Below are positions 1 to 13,072 of a stretch of DNA of 46,024 nt, in pieces; positions within the stretch are counted from its first letter, which is position 1; each line of letters begins with the position of its first letter. Source of the stretch: Squatina squatina (Eukaryota); contig JARFOE010000192.1 of NCBI GenBank assembly GCA_031763465.1, positions 5,119,737 through 5,165,760 on the forward strand, read 5' to 3'. The notes under the pieces were generated by a model. The model worked only from the letters and a program-made list of their open reading frames with translations, was not told the DNA's origin and did no database searches. Made by a program: the position numbers and the translations under genes.

Positions 1-600
1 ACACTGTGACTATCCCAGTCTCTATTCGGATAGTTGAAGTCACCCTTTATCACTATTCTAAAGTTCCTGCAAATTTTCTCCTCTATATCTTTCCCACTGG
101 TTGGCAGCCTATAGAATACTCCTAGTAGTGTAATGGCACCGCTATTGTTTCTCAACTGTTACCAAATAGATTCTGTCCTTGAGCCCTCCAGGGCATCCTC
201 TCTCTCTCCAGCACTGTAGTATTATCCTTCATCGAGACTGTCTCCCCACCTCCTTTCTTTTCTTCCACATCATTCCTGAACACCTCATATCCAGGAATAT
301 TTAGTACCCAATCCTGCCCGGTTTTGAGCCAGGTCTCCGTTATCGCCACGACGTCATATTCCCATGTGGCTATTTGCACCTGCAGCTTACCAACCTGATT
401 TACCACACTTCATGCATTCACTGTAAACCTGTCTTAGTCCTTCTTGTATTCTCTTTTGGTATGACCCCACCTAATACCATATTATTTCTTAACTCTAGTG
501 CTATCTGCCTCTCCCAATCCTTTGTACACCTTGTTTCTGCTTTCTAATTACATCTTGGTGCCCAGCCCCCTCACAAATTAGTTTAAACCGTTCCCAACAG
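1..600 (-). mobile_element. CR1-type LINE ORF2 fragment (APE endonuclease)
   Basis: YDVVAITETWL...LNIPGY...GGG endonuclease motifs, degenerate. Confidence 0.85.
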
Positions 601-704
601 CACCNNNNNNNNNNNNNNNNNNNNNNNNNNNNNNNNNNNNNNNNNNNNNNNNNNNNNNNNNNNNNNNNNNNNNNNNNNNNNNNNNNNNNNNNNNNNNNNN
701 NNNN

Positions 705-1196
705 TGTCCTCTCTCAGGCAAACATCCCCAGCATCGAGGCACTGACCATGCTCAATCAGCTGCAATGGGCGGGCCACATTGTCTGCATGCCTGACACAAG
801 ACTCCTGAACCAAGCACTCTACTCTGAGTTCCGTCACGGCAAGCGATTTACAGGAGGACAGGGAAAACGCTTCAAGGACGTCCTCAAAGCCTTGCTGAAA
901 AAATATAGCATCATGGGAATCCCTGGCCCAAGACTGCCCGAACTGGAGGAGAAGCATTCGTGAAGGCGCCGATCACTTCGAGCTTCTTCGACAGGAGCAT
1001 GTGGAGGCCAAGCGCAAGCAGCGGAAGCAGCGTGTGAAAATCCGAGCATTCCACCCACTCGCCCCATCAAACACCACCTGCCCCACCTGTAGCAGAGTTT
1101 GTGGATCCCGTAAAAGACTATTTAGTCATCTCAGAACCCACAATACTGGAGTCGAAGCAAGTCATCCTCGGCTCCAAGGGGCTGCCTAAGAAGAAG
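705..1196 (+). mobile_element. RTE-clade LINE 3' end
   Basis: QLQWAGHIVCMPDTRL...GGQGKRFKDVLK, C2H2 finger CPTCSRVCGSRKRLFSHLRTH, (AAG)n tail. Confidence 0.85.
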
Positions 1197-2354
1197 GCCA
1201 AAGTTTTCCTGATTCCAGCTCATACATCTCTTGTTGGCAAATGTCCCACAAGTTAATGCAGTTTTGGTAGAGAAAATCATAAACTTGAAGTCGAGTTGCT
1301 GTGCTGATATTATAATAACGCTACTATTTTGAACCATAATGTAAACTCCATGTTGCTCCAAAATAATTGCACGTTGTAATGCAACTTCCATTCAGGGTAA
1401 AACCTTGGGTTCATCACTTTAACTTTATATTGAAAAGAAACTGAACTGAAAGGGGAACATTCATGCTGGGTGGATCCTTACATTGAAAATACCTACCTTA
1501 TAAGCATCCTTCATGGCAGGGTTCAAAATATAACTGATTATCTTGTAGGTATATTTGCCACTGAAGGTCTACATTACGGAGCCCAGGAGTCTCTCACTTT
1601 AATTAGACACGTTATGCTGACCAGTACTTTCACAGAATACTCAGGAAGGCCAATTTCAGAAAGTAAAACAATGGATTCTATTTTTATGGACTCTTGATGC
1701 TGGCATCAAAGGGATTTCCCTGTCCACGACACACGAATACACCTCCACTGAAACAACTGTTATAAAGTTAATGGAGGAGCCCTTCAAAACGGGACTGTAT
1801 GAAACAATAGCTTTGATTTTAAAAGCTATCTTTGTCAAGACAGCTAGAAGAACCCCTACACTAATGCTCACCTTTAAATTCAAAACTGTTGTGCTGGACA
1901 TGAAACTGATCCCAATAACAGGTCACTGAAAAGCTGATCTTATCACATGGTTATGTTAGGGCTCCCTTATGTCATCTACTATTGCTGCACAAACTTATCT
2001 TCTTCATTTACAAGAGCATCTTTAATCCTGCAAACTGAACTTGAATTTGAGGTCAGTACAAGTAATGCAATGTAATCACTACTTCCAGCTTTTAAAATGA
2101 ACTACAAAGAGTTTTCATTCCTATTTTGTTGTTTGTTTTATCCTGTAATTCAAATATCCTTTAATTCCTGACCCTTTAATTATGCTGTTTTGTTAGATGT
2201 AAACTCTGAAAGAAGGAATTATAGTAGTTAATCTTTGTGACAACTACTTGTTTTTCTAATCAAAATAATCAGTAGGATTGTTTAAAGAAGTTCTGACACA
2301 TAAATGGATATAGCTCCCATTTCCCTTCGGTAATATATTGGTATCTCTGCAAAA

Positions 2355-2444
2355 GCAACAACAACTTGTATTTATATAGCACCTTTAACATGGTAAAACA
2401 TCCCAAGGTGCTTCACAGGAATGTTATCAAACCTTGCATCAACG
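2355..2444 (-). mobile_element. L2/SINE-type 3' tail fragment
   Basis: caacaacaacttgtatttatatagcacctttaac...; a related tail recurs at 7450-7495 and 37500-37560. Confidence 0.55.
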
Positions 2445-2544
2445 NNNNNNNNNNNNNNNNNNNNNNNNNNNNNNNNNNNNNNNNNNNNNNNNNNNNNNNN
2501 NNNNNNNNNNNNNNNNNNNNNNNNNNNNNNNNNNNNNNNNNNNN

Positions 2545-2664
2545 GAGAGAAAGCAGGTACGGGGTACTGAGTTGAATGATCAGCCATGATCATATTGAAT
2601 GGCGGTGCAGACTCGAAGGGCTGAATGGCCTACTTCTGCACCTATTTTCTATGTTTCTATGTTT
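2545..2664 (+). mobile_element. CR1 LINE 3' UTR/tail
   Basis: gatcagccatgatcatattgaatggcgg...gaatggcctac...(ttctatgt)n. Related tails at ~30800-30890 and 39215-39400. Confidence 0.8.
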
Positions 2665-4229
2665 ACTGCATAACTAATGCTGGAAGTATTATTCGCCTCT
2701 TCTTTAAAATGTTTTTTACACCTGACAGAATTCTGTCAGTCAGATTGTTCACATTATATAAATGCGGGCATTGGTTAAACAATTAGAATGAATCGCAAAG
2801 ATAATTTTGTTGCACACTATAAATTGATGAATAAGGCCTACAGTTTAATTACATCTTAAACTGCACTATTCCTTCAGTTAAATTCTGTATGCATTAACTC
2901 AAATATTCAACCTCAAATCCAATTGAAATTCCTTTGGAAGTTTAAGTCCACTCCATCCCCTTACTGGCTAAACATTAATGTGTATTCAACTTTGATTTTC
3001 AAGTCTCCTTTTCTTCAAGCAGATCCCCTCTGTCTACACTTTGCTGCATCTCCTTTGCTATATGCAACATCCCTCCCCAAGAAGGCAGCCAGATGGTTTG
3101 TACTCAGTCCTTCACCAGTGTTGCTTTGAAGCCAGCCCCTCTAAGTGGTGATATGAAAGCAGCTCAGGGTGACTTTCACTCCAATTTCCCCTGTTTCCTT
3201 GGGAAGCATCTGCCAGCTTCCCTGGGCCTCTCCAATGGCAGGTGCTGGGAAAAGGAATTCAGTATGGGTAGAAAATTACAATGAAAGCCCATGGCTTATT
3301 ACTCCATGGAGCAGCACCTTGCAATTATGTTATCCTTTGGCATTCATGCTGTTCCTGTTGCAAATGTAGCTACCAAAAAACATGTTTCCTTCATTTCTAA
3401 TTCAGTGTCATTTGAGGCATAAAACTCCCCACAAGCCATCACACAGCCTATACATCTTTTATTTTTTAAATGTTTATAGGAGAGGAGACTGTATTGCAAC
3501 GTTTTTTTATGCTGGTTAATTTGTAAGGTATGTCAGTGTAAATTTTTGATGAACACAGAAGAAGAAATTACTATGGTTTGATTTAACTGGTAGATCTTCA
3601 AATTGTCTTTTTTTTTCCTCAAAGGACCGAAAAATAATCAAAATTTGTAAGCAATTTATAATCTTGCCCAACGTACTTTCAAAGTGCTTTCAATAAGTGG
3701 CACTGTACTTTATCCGCTGTGTCCATCACAAGGGCCTGAAAGATTTCATACATTTCATTCATAACCTCCAAGCTAGAAAATGTAAAAAGTTAACATGCTG
3801 CTGGTCACCAATGATTTGATATCATTTGAAAGGCAAAATAGGTCACCCTAACATCCTGTAAGTTGTTACATCTGGATCACAGAATTATTACATACAGCAC
3901 ATGATAGGAGGCTCGCAAAGAATGACCAAATCAACTTGGATTTAGGCTGTGGAGCACTTTACATTAGAAGAACTAATCTCTAACTAGGACTGGCATCTGT
4001 TGTTCCTGCTTTAGACCATATTACAAGGACAGGCTTCATTTATAGTTGATTGGAACTCCATGTACACAGATGTAAAAACAAAAAATTCAAAAAAAAAACC
4101 ACCAGTGTTTCATTTACTAAATGAAAACGCATCAAGATGTATCAAATAATTGTCAAAGGATCGAGTGGGTACATGCTGCTTATTTAAGCTAAACTCCTCT
4201 CTAATTTACAATCCATCCATCTGTTTCTT

Positions 4230-4252
4230 TGTGTGTGTGTGTGTGTGTGTGT
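4230..4252. repeat. (TG)n microsatellite
   Basis: Direct reading of the sequence. Confidence 0.9.
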
Positions 4253-5059
4253 TTGTGTTTTTTTCAGCTTCAGTGGGCGTACTACCANNNNNNNNNNNNN
4301 NNNNNNNNNNNNNNNNNNNNNNNNNNNNNNNNNNNNNNNNNNNNNNNNNNNNNNNNNNNNNNNNNNNNNNNNNNNNNNNNNNNNNNNACTTTCTTTCTCG
4401 TTTTGGGAAACAAACCTTGCAGGCCCTATAGATCATGATCTATTGCTTTTCACCAATCTCTCCATGATAAAAGCTCCTAAAATCTTTTTCAGAAATAAGA
4501 TGAACCCATATTGTCCTAACGGGAACAAAATTTCCTTTTAGGTTAGTAAGCAAAAACGTTGTACAGATATGACTGCACTCTATGAGCCTTTGAATAAACA
4601 GTTGAAAACAGTCAGCAGACGCCCTAATCAGCTACTAGGTCATCATTAACTGCATATCTTACAGAGATTTCATTATTTTTGAAAAAAGTCTCATGCTATG
4701 CCATAATTAAATGCAACCATTGAGGCAGTTTAAACTTTCACTAATGTTTACCTGAACCGTGTGACTCAAATGAAAGAAAGTCTCCATTTATTGCTGCATA
4801 CTAATAAACAGTTTTATACAGAAGGAAAAATGATCTTGTCAAAAGTTTGCTGCACAGAGGTTTCATGTAATTACTACTGCAGAAGATTCTTCCAAATATT
4901 TAAATATATATTTAAAGTAACATTTATCTATTGTTTGATTACAATAAAAAAAATCAGAAAATAAACATCAACTCAATACAGTAACAACAGAAAGCAATAC
5001 CATTCTTAAACTGGAAAATGTCCGCTCTCTAGTTACTATTCTGATTGTAAAGCACTTAC

Positions 5060-5095
5060 CCAGGAGACATTTTTGGCCTTAGGCGTTTTAAGCAT
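5060..5095 (-). CDS. CACNB2: Probable CACNB2 alternative first exon, beta2b type (MLKTPKAKNVSW; in-frame upstream ATG at 5140)
   Basis: gccATG start, phase-0 TGG|GTAAGT donor, located downstream of the beta2a exon as in the mammalian exon order. Nucleotide resemblance to the recalled beta2b exon (ATGCTT...ACGCCT...CCTGG|gtaag). Confidence 0.6.
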
Positions 5096-7074
5096 GGCAA
5101 CATGCAGAGTCGTGATGACCAACAACAGCCCCACCAGCATGGAAAGCTCGATGGAGACGTTCACCTGTCCCAGTCACCCAAATCTATATAGTTCCCTGGC
5201 CTGGTTAATGGAGGCACAGCGGTAGTTAAAAGAGATACCAACACGTTGAGCCATGTCCACTTTCGCAGTTGACGTTAAAATACAGTGGCTGTCCCCAAAA
5301 TACCATTTAAAATATATATCAACAGACCGTTCAAAGTGATAAATCCTTTATCTGCGGCACAGAAAGGCTGATTCTTCTATCCCACAGCAATTGCCACAAG
5401 TACAGAGTGGAGATGAGACACATCACATATCTTTGACTTGCTAGGGGTGGAGCTGGTGCTAAGATGGACACCGCGGAGCCCAATCACGCACCAAGCTTTA
5501 AGGAAGACTTTGAGACTGTGGCTTACACAAGCATTAAGATATAAATAAATACTGAAAAGGACTACCACTGGGAAGACCTTGAAGGGCTGTTGCAGGTGTC
5601 TTCAGTTTTCATTGCTGTATCCCATAACAAAGCTGAACTTCAGTATTATTCAGTGCCTCTGTCACAATGATATAAGCAGTCTGCTCTCAGTTCACTTAAT
5701 AATGCATGGGCAAAGGCAGTTGGATCCAGCTGGTTTTTACCTAGCATTACTCCCCGGGAGCTGCCGACGTCACATGGTACACCTGGAGTGNNNNNNNNNN
5801 NNNNNNNNNNNNNNNNNNNNNNNNNNNNNNNNNNNNNNNNNNNNNNNNNNNNNNNNNNNNNNNNNNNNNNNNNNNNNNNNNNNNNNNNNNNNNNNNNNNN
5901 NNNNNNNNNNNNNNNNNNNNNNNNNNNNNNNNNNNNNNNNNNNNNNNNNNNNNNNNNNNNNNNNNNNNNNNNNNNNNNNNNNNNNNNNNNNNNNNNNNNN
6001 NNNNNNNNNNNNNNNNNNNNNNNNNNNNNNNNNNNNNNNNNNNNNNNNNNNNNNNNNNNNNNNNNNNNNNNNNNNNNNNNNNNNNNNNNNNNNNNNNNNN
6101 NNNNNNNNNNNNNNNNNNNNNNNNNNNNNNNNNNNNNNNNNNNNNNNNNNNNNNNNNNNNNNNNNNNNNNNNNNNNNNNNNNNNNNNNNNNNNNNNNNNN
6201 NNNNNNNNNNNNNNNNNNNNNNNNNNNNNNNNNNNNNNNNNNNNNNNNNNNNNNNNNNNNNNNNNNNNNNNNNNNNNNNNNNNNNNNNNNNNNNNNNNNN
6301 NNNNNNNNNNNNNNNNNNNNNNNNNNNNNNNNNNNNNNNNNNNNNNNNNNNNNNNNNNNNNNNNNNNNNNNNNNNNNNNNNNNNNNNNNNNNNNNNNNNN
6401 NNNNNNNNNNNNNNNNNNNNNNNNNNNNNNNNNNNNNNNNNNNNNNNNNNNNNNNNNNNNNNNNNNNNNNNNNNNNNNNNNNNNNNNNNNNNNNNNNNNN
6501 NNNNNNNNNNNNNNNNNNNNNNNNNNNNCCAGACCGATCGGTGCACCATTTCCTAGCCTCCGAAGATGCTCTCAGTCTGCAGAGAAATGCCTGGAACACA
6601 CATTCACAACCAGAGAGTGCTTGTTTCCATGACAACGCTCACCAGATTCCAGTGTTGAAGAATAATTCAAAAGCGTCGAAGAGAGGTAATGAATTTGCAT
6701 TTTCCAGTCATTAAGTACCATCAATCCTTAAATACTGTTGCCTTAAAATTACTGGAGCCCTGCCCTGCCGCTGGAAATGTAGGACTTCCAGCTGCTAGTT
6801 GGGCTCGGTGTCTACCCCATCCAAAATCCATGGGATGGGGTCATTTACATAAAGGGGTGGAAACCTGCACCATCTATGCTGCTGCTTTATGGGCATCCAA
6901 TTGCCGGGAATACAGGAATATCTGGCGTGGAGTGAGGGATGCAGACCAATGCAGCTGAACATAGATGTCTTCTTAAAAAAGGTCTCTATTGTTCTTTTGC
7001 TGCTTCTGGAGAACCAATATCAGCATGGCAATAAAGTACATTTTTATTTGTTTGAATGAAAATTCAAAATTCTA

Positions 7075-7495
7075 ATTCACCCATCACTCCTCTGCTCGCC
7101 GACCTACATTGGCTCCTGGTTCACCAATTTTAAAATTCTCATCCTCGTGTTCAAACTACTCCCCCTATCTCTGTAACCTCCTCCAGCACAACAACCTTCT
7201 GAATTTTGGCTTCTTGCTCATCCCCCACTTCCTTCGGCCCACCTTGGAGGCTGTGCCTTCAGCTGTCTAGGCCCGCAGCTCTGACATTCCCTCCCTGAGC
7301 CTCACTGCATCTCCATCTCTGCCTCCTCCTTTAACACCCTCCATAAAGCCTACCTCTTTGATTAAGCTTTTGGTCACCCATGCTAATATCTCCATCTTTG
7401 GATCGGTGCAAATATTTATCTGATTACGCTCTTGTGAACTGCCTTTGGATGTCTTATTACATTGAAGACACTATATAAATGTAAGCTGTTATTGT
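7075..7495 (+). mobile_element. L2 LINE 3' end
   Basis: ITPLLADLHWL...FKILILVFK C-terminal motif, with tail ctatataaatgtaagctgtt. Confidence 0.75.
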
Positions 7496-8543
7496 ATGAA
7501 ACGTTGTTCATTCTGCTTACTTAAAGAGCCTTCGTTGGCCCCAATTGAAACTAGTGTTAGGCCCCACTTCCACACACAAAAAGTACACCTGCCTCATGCA
7601 AGCTTACTTTGCAATGACTGAAGGAAAGGCAGAACTGGCAGTATTTCTGATGGAGAACATTGTCAACCTGCATATCCCATCTCTTCAATAATGTCAGGAT
7701 GGAAGTGGGGCAGCTCCAACAAGCACCACCCATCCTCCCCACTCACCCCTTCCCCTGCCCGCCCTAGGAGAAAAGGCTGAAGAACCAGCAGAACTATGTC
7801 TTGTCCCAAATGCTGGCTCCCTTCACCTGGACTATACTCCAGAGTCCAAAAAGCTAACCACAGCGGAAAATCTGCCGTGAATAATGGCCTATGACCAATG
7901 CCACTGCTTCAAGACAATTGAATACATTAAATTCCTCTTTACTCCACTGGATTTCAGGATTTCTATCAGTGCTTTTGCTTCACATTCTGCAATTCAGTTT
8001 GTTTCGCTGTGAATACTAAATCCTAATGGCATTACATATGACATTTTAAAACAAGTTGTTATAATGGAACTGCTGTGGGAAAAAAGAAATACGTGCATTT
8101 ACATNNNNNNNNNNNNNNNNNNNNNNNNNNNNNNNNNNNNNNNNNNNNNNNNNNNNNNNNNNNNNNNNNNNNNNNNNNNNNNNNNNNNNNNNNNNNNNNN
8201 NNNNTTCATATTTAGTATATCTAGCAACAGCGATGGCTATGATTTACTATAGACAACATCCAAATTTGACCTTGCTTGTCCTCACTTCTTAAATAGGATT
8301 AAGTGCTGTATTTTAAATTAAATCCTTGCAGTAACCACCCAACATTTTTTTTACACTTGCATATTGACATGTTTGAGCAAATGTGAACAAAAGTACATGG
8401 CAAGATTCAAGCTAAAGGGTTTAAGCAGAATTGTGCCTCAAAACTAATGCTACATCGTGACGATGTTTCAGATTAGTGATGAAGCCGGTTAGAACAACAA
8501 CACTCCGGCACAAACAGATTTATACAGAGATCAGGAGACTTAC

Positions 8544-8591
8544 ATAGGAAACCTGCACTCGCCGGCGGTGTCCCAGGCCACAGCACTGCAT
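8544..8591 (-). CDS. CACNB2: CACNB2 alternative first coding exon, beta2a type (palmitoylated N-terminus)
   Basis: MQCCGLGHRRRVQVSY followed by GTAAGT (phase 0). Nearly identical to mammalian beta2a MQCCGLVHRRRVRVSY. Confidence 0.93.
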
Positions 8592-10519
8592 TAAGAGAGT
8601 AGCAGAATGCAAACAGCAAGCAGCTTCACAGAGCCTTAATCTGTGTCACAGATTCAAGTGAACCATTGTCGAGATTTTGCCTTTCTTCAGTGCAAGAAAC
8701 CTGAAGGAAGTGGAGTGCTGACCCCAAAGATATCATGGCTTGTCTTCAAGAAAAATGAACCCTTTTTACTTGAAGTAAATCAATCTCTTCTTAGATGAAC
8801 GCACATTTTCAGAAGATGACATTGGTGCCCTTCATTTTTAAATAAACATTTGTGGATATGCTGCTATTTTGATTCATATGTTACTTAACTCAGTCATTGT
8901 TTAAACCTTGTAACTCATTACAAAGCAAACCTTCCAATTCCTCTACTAGCCAAATGTAACTACAGTAACTGGTTGTGTTCAAGATCTGCTGCTGCTACTG
9001 TGATACACCTCACAGTACACAAATTACTAGCAACCTTATTTTGTTCAATGTTATCCGTGCACCACATTGGTCTGATCTGTCAGCCTTCTGTCTCCTTCCA
9101 GCTTAATGTTCAAGCCTGGATCTAATTCACTCTGGACTACCTGAACCACCCTCAGAAATGTCAGCTGCTGTGCCTGCTGTACGTGTTTCACATTATGTCG
9201 GGTCAGAAATGCTCCGAGTGTCCTTAATACCTGTTCCCCGAGAGCTGCAGCTGTGCATTTCATGGTATGAATTAGAATTCCCAAGGACAGCTAGAAGTGC
9301 AGCCAGACAAATAACTACACATTAACATACAGCTAGGCATGCCACTGAATACAAAATTAGGGGACATTTAAAGAACAAAAATAATTTTTCATTTTTTTTA
9401 TTAATGAACTTAACTTTGGCAACTTGGTTACCCATATTGCACCCTATGGCTGGTTTATACCTGACTACATTGTACACACATAATGGGGTAGATTTTAACT
9501 AACGGGTGCCTGACCAGCGGAGTGGGAGGCCTGGTTCGAGGCTCATTACCATAAATACGGTGAGCTGCGCACTCTGAATGGGCATCACAGTACACCTCGC
9601 TGGGTCCGGGCTGGGGTACAATTGGGCAGGCCGGAGGCCGAGCTGGCCGGGAAAAAGGTAATTCCGGGAGCGAGGGGGAGCCCAGCCCAGCAGCAGCTCA
9701 AGTTATTCTTGTGGAGTTCAGAAGAGTTCCTCACAAAAATATTTTGGACACTTACCCTTTTGGGCCTCTTTTCCTGTACCACCAGGTTTTACTGAGCAGA
9801 GTGCCNNNNNNNNNNNNNNNNNNNNNNNNNNNNNNNNNNNNNNNNNNNNNNNNNNNNNNNNNNNNNNNNNNNNNNNNNNNNNNNNNNNNNNNNNNNNNNN
9901 NNNNNTAGTTTATTTTAAAAGTATTAAACTCCTAAAATATTTGACTGATGCATCTTATTGGAAGCAGTTTTCATTCCAATTATATAGTCTAAGCTCTCCA
10001 TAGTTAACACTTATCCCAGCAGCTGTTTACTGTATGGGTTACAGCTCACCGTCGATTTCTCCCGCCTCTCAATGGCTGCACGCATGGGGGTGCTTTGGAG
10101 AGGGCAGTAAGAGGAGCAGGGAGCTCCAATGTGGATGAAGATGTGTCAATTCAGCATTGCACGCCGATTGACGTCACGCTCCTGCTAATTACAATACGTC
10201 CCACGAGTGAAGGCAATGGCAGTGCTGCCAATTTGCTGAAATTAGGGTTCGCTGCGGGACTTGCCGGAAGCGGGCGGAAGTGAGGTGGCTGCCATTTTTT
10301 TCACCAAAACGGGCCTTAACGATCAGTACTAAAATTTCCAATTTCTAGGCTATAAAGTACAAAAGCAAAAATATAATGTTAATCCACAGTTAGAATATTG
10401 TTTTGGAACTAAATTGATAACTATTCCAGATAGGCAGCACAGGTGCCATGGGGCAAATGGCCTTTTTTTTAGTGCTGTAAAATTCTGATTCTAACCTTCA
10501 AATATATTTTTTTAATTTT

Positions 10520-10830
10520 ACTTATTCATTCACCAGATGTAGGTGTCGCTGGTAAAGCCAGCATTTATTGCCCAACCCTAATTGCCCTTGAGAAGGTGGT
10601 AGTGAGCCACCTTCTTGACTGTTGCAGTCCATGTGGTGAAGGTATACCCATAGTGCTGTTTGGGAAGGAGTTCCAAGATTTTGACCCAGCAACGATGAAT
10701 GAACGGCAATATATTTCCCCTGTGACTTAAAGGGGAACTTGGAGGTGGTGGTATTCCCATGCACCTGCTGCCCTTGACCTTCTAGGTGGTAGAGTTCATG
10801 GGTTTGGAAGGTTCTGTCGAAGCAGCCTTG
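10520..10830 (-). mobile_element. LINE ORF2 C-terminus and 3' UTR (CR1/L2 group)
   Basis: Frameshifted KSWNSLP...KKVAHYHLLKGN* end, then gggcaataaatgctggc...gaatgaataa tail. Confidence 0.7.
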
Positions 10831-11617
10831 CTTTCCTTAGAAGCGTGCAACCATGCCCCCACCCTATTTCTGCCTACTATCACCAGTGTGTTGCCATCAG
10901 GAAAATGATGGTAATCGGTGAAAGGTGTCAACATTAAGTAAAGTACATAGGAAAACGGGGCAGTACATATCCTGCACTTTGGAAAACCTATCCATAATTA
11001 TTCAGCATACTGTAATTTAGACAGCTCTGGTTCTAATGCAATTCTAGCACACCTCCAATGATCACTGACAAAAAGGTGCCTGTCCAGATGTCATATGTGT
11101 TTTTTTACAAAAAACAGATATGACATGGCAAGGAACATCAACTGAATCATGCAACAAGTCTCTGTTTGTAGCCTCCGTTCTGGGATTTTGCCATTCCACA
11201 CAAGAATATAATGAGTTGGGATCAGAAGTTCAGTTCTTTGAGATCACTGGGAAAGTTCTGAAGGTAGAATATTGCCTTAGCAGTTTCACAGAGTCTTTGG
11301 AGGGTCGGTATCATTCCAACTATTCGCCTGAGCACTAATTTTAACCCTCTTGCAGTTGCCAAAGCACATATCGCACAATTCCCCAAAGTGACTCCAGATG
11401 GCTTCCAGCTTTTTAAAGACTTTGGTGTAGATGTAAAGTGCAGCTCTGTTACTGGATATTTAAGTCACATGGCACCGTTGTTTTTATTTACTTGATGGCA
11501 GGAACATAAGGCAGCATAGAATTCTGAAAGCTAGCAAACTGAACTAGGAAAGCAAAACAAAAAAATCACTTGGTAGGATAGAATTCATCACACACTGGAT
11601 TTCACCAAGCAAGTGTA

Positions 11618-11867
11618 TAGTAGCCTCGTAGTTATGTTACTGGTCTAGCAATTCAGAGGCCTGGACAAATATTTCAGAGAATGTGAGTTCTCATCCCACC
11701 GTGGCAGTTTGAGAATAATAATTCAATTTTTTTATAGGAAATCTGCAAATAAAAAGCTGGTAAAAATCCAACTGGTTCACTAATGTCCTTTAGGGAAGGG
11801 AACCTGCCGTCCTTTCCCAGTCTGGCCTATATGTGACTCCAGCCCCACAGCAATGTAGCGGACTTTG
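11618..11867 (+). mobile_element. tRNA-derived SINE-like element
   Basis: tRNA-like head (tagttatgttactgg...gagttctcatccc) and body ctggttcactaatgtcctttagggaagg. A degenerate related head lies at ~25210-25320. Confidence 0.55.
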
Positions 11868-11967
11868 NNNNNNNNNNNNNNNNNNNNNNNNNNNNNNNNN
11901 NNNNNNNNNNNNNNNNNNNNNNNNNNNNNNNNNNNNNNNNNNNNNNNNNNNNNNNNNNNNNNNNNNN

Positions 11968-13072
11968 GAAAGGATCTTGGCTCGGAAGATCAGGAAGTAT
12001 GGGTGGCGATAAGAAACAAGGGGCAGAGAACACTGGTGGGAGTAGTTTACAGGCCCCCCAAACAGTAGCTAAACAGTTGGAGAGAGTATTAAATCAACAA
12101 ATAATAGGAGCTTGTAACAAAGGTAATAAAATAATTGCTTTAATCTTCATATAGATTGGTCAAATCAAATTGGCAAAGATAGTAGGCGGACAAGTTCATG
12201 GAATGCATTCGAGACAGTTTCCTAGAACAATGCGTCATGGAACCAACTGGGAGCAGGCTGTTTTAGATCTTGTATTATGTAATGAGACAGGGTTAACTAG
12301 TAATCTCATAATAAGGGATCCTCTGGGGAGAGTGATCATAATATGATAAAATTCCACATTGAGTTTGAGAGCAAAGTTCTTCAGTCAGAAATTAGGGTCT
12401 TAAACTTAAATAAAGCCAATTACATATGTATGAGGGCGAGTTAGCTAAGATAGATTGGGAAATTAGATTAAAAGTTATGGCAGTAGAGAAGCAGTGGGAA
12501 ACATTTAAAGAAATATTCCCAAATTCTCAATGAATATACATTCTATTGAGAAATAAAAACTCCAAAAGAAAAGTGATCCATACATGGCTGTTAAGGATAG
12601 TATTAGATTAAAAGAGGCTTCTAATGTTGCGGCAAATAGTAGTAAGCCTGAGGATCGGGAGAGCTTTAGAACCAGCAAAGGATGACCAAACTAATTGATA
12701 AAAAGGGAGAAAATAGATATGAGAGTAAACTAGCAAGAAATATAAACACAGATTGGAAAGCTTCTACAAATATGTAAAAAGGAAGAGTGTAGCAAAAGTA
12801 AGCATTGGTCCCTTCGAGGCTTAGACAGGTGAAATTCTAATGGGGAAAAAAGGAAATGGCAGAGACTTTAAACAAATATTTTTTATCCATCTTCATAGAA
12901 AAAGACACAAAAGCATACCAAAAATAGGGGGAACCAAGGGGCTAAAAGAAAATGAGGAACTTAAAAAATAATTAATATCAGTAGAGAAACTAAAAGCCAA
13001 CATATCCCCTGGACCTGATGGCCTACATGCTAGGGTTCTAAATGAGGTGGCTGCAGAGATAGTGGATGCATG
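11968..13072 (+). mobile_element. CR1 LINE ORF2 fragment (endonuclease to pre-RT), decayed
   Basis: VWVAIRNKGQRTLVGVVYRPP, LDLVLCNE, SDHN and SPGPDGLHARVLNEVA motifs, with stops and frameshifts. Confidence 0.9.

Noticed and set aside
5579-6714. Long ORFs (250-330 aa) here and at 14721-15599
   Set aside because: They consist almost entirely of N runs, so they are gap artefacts.
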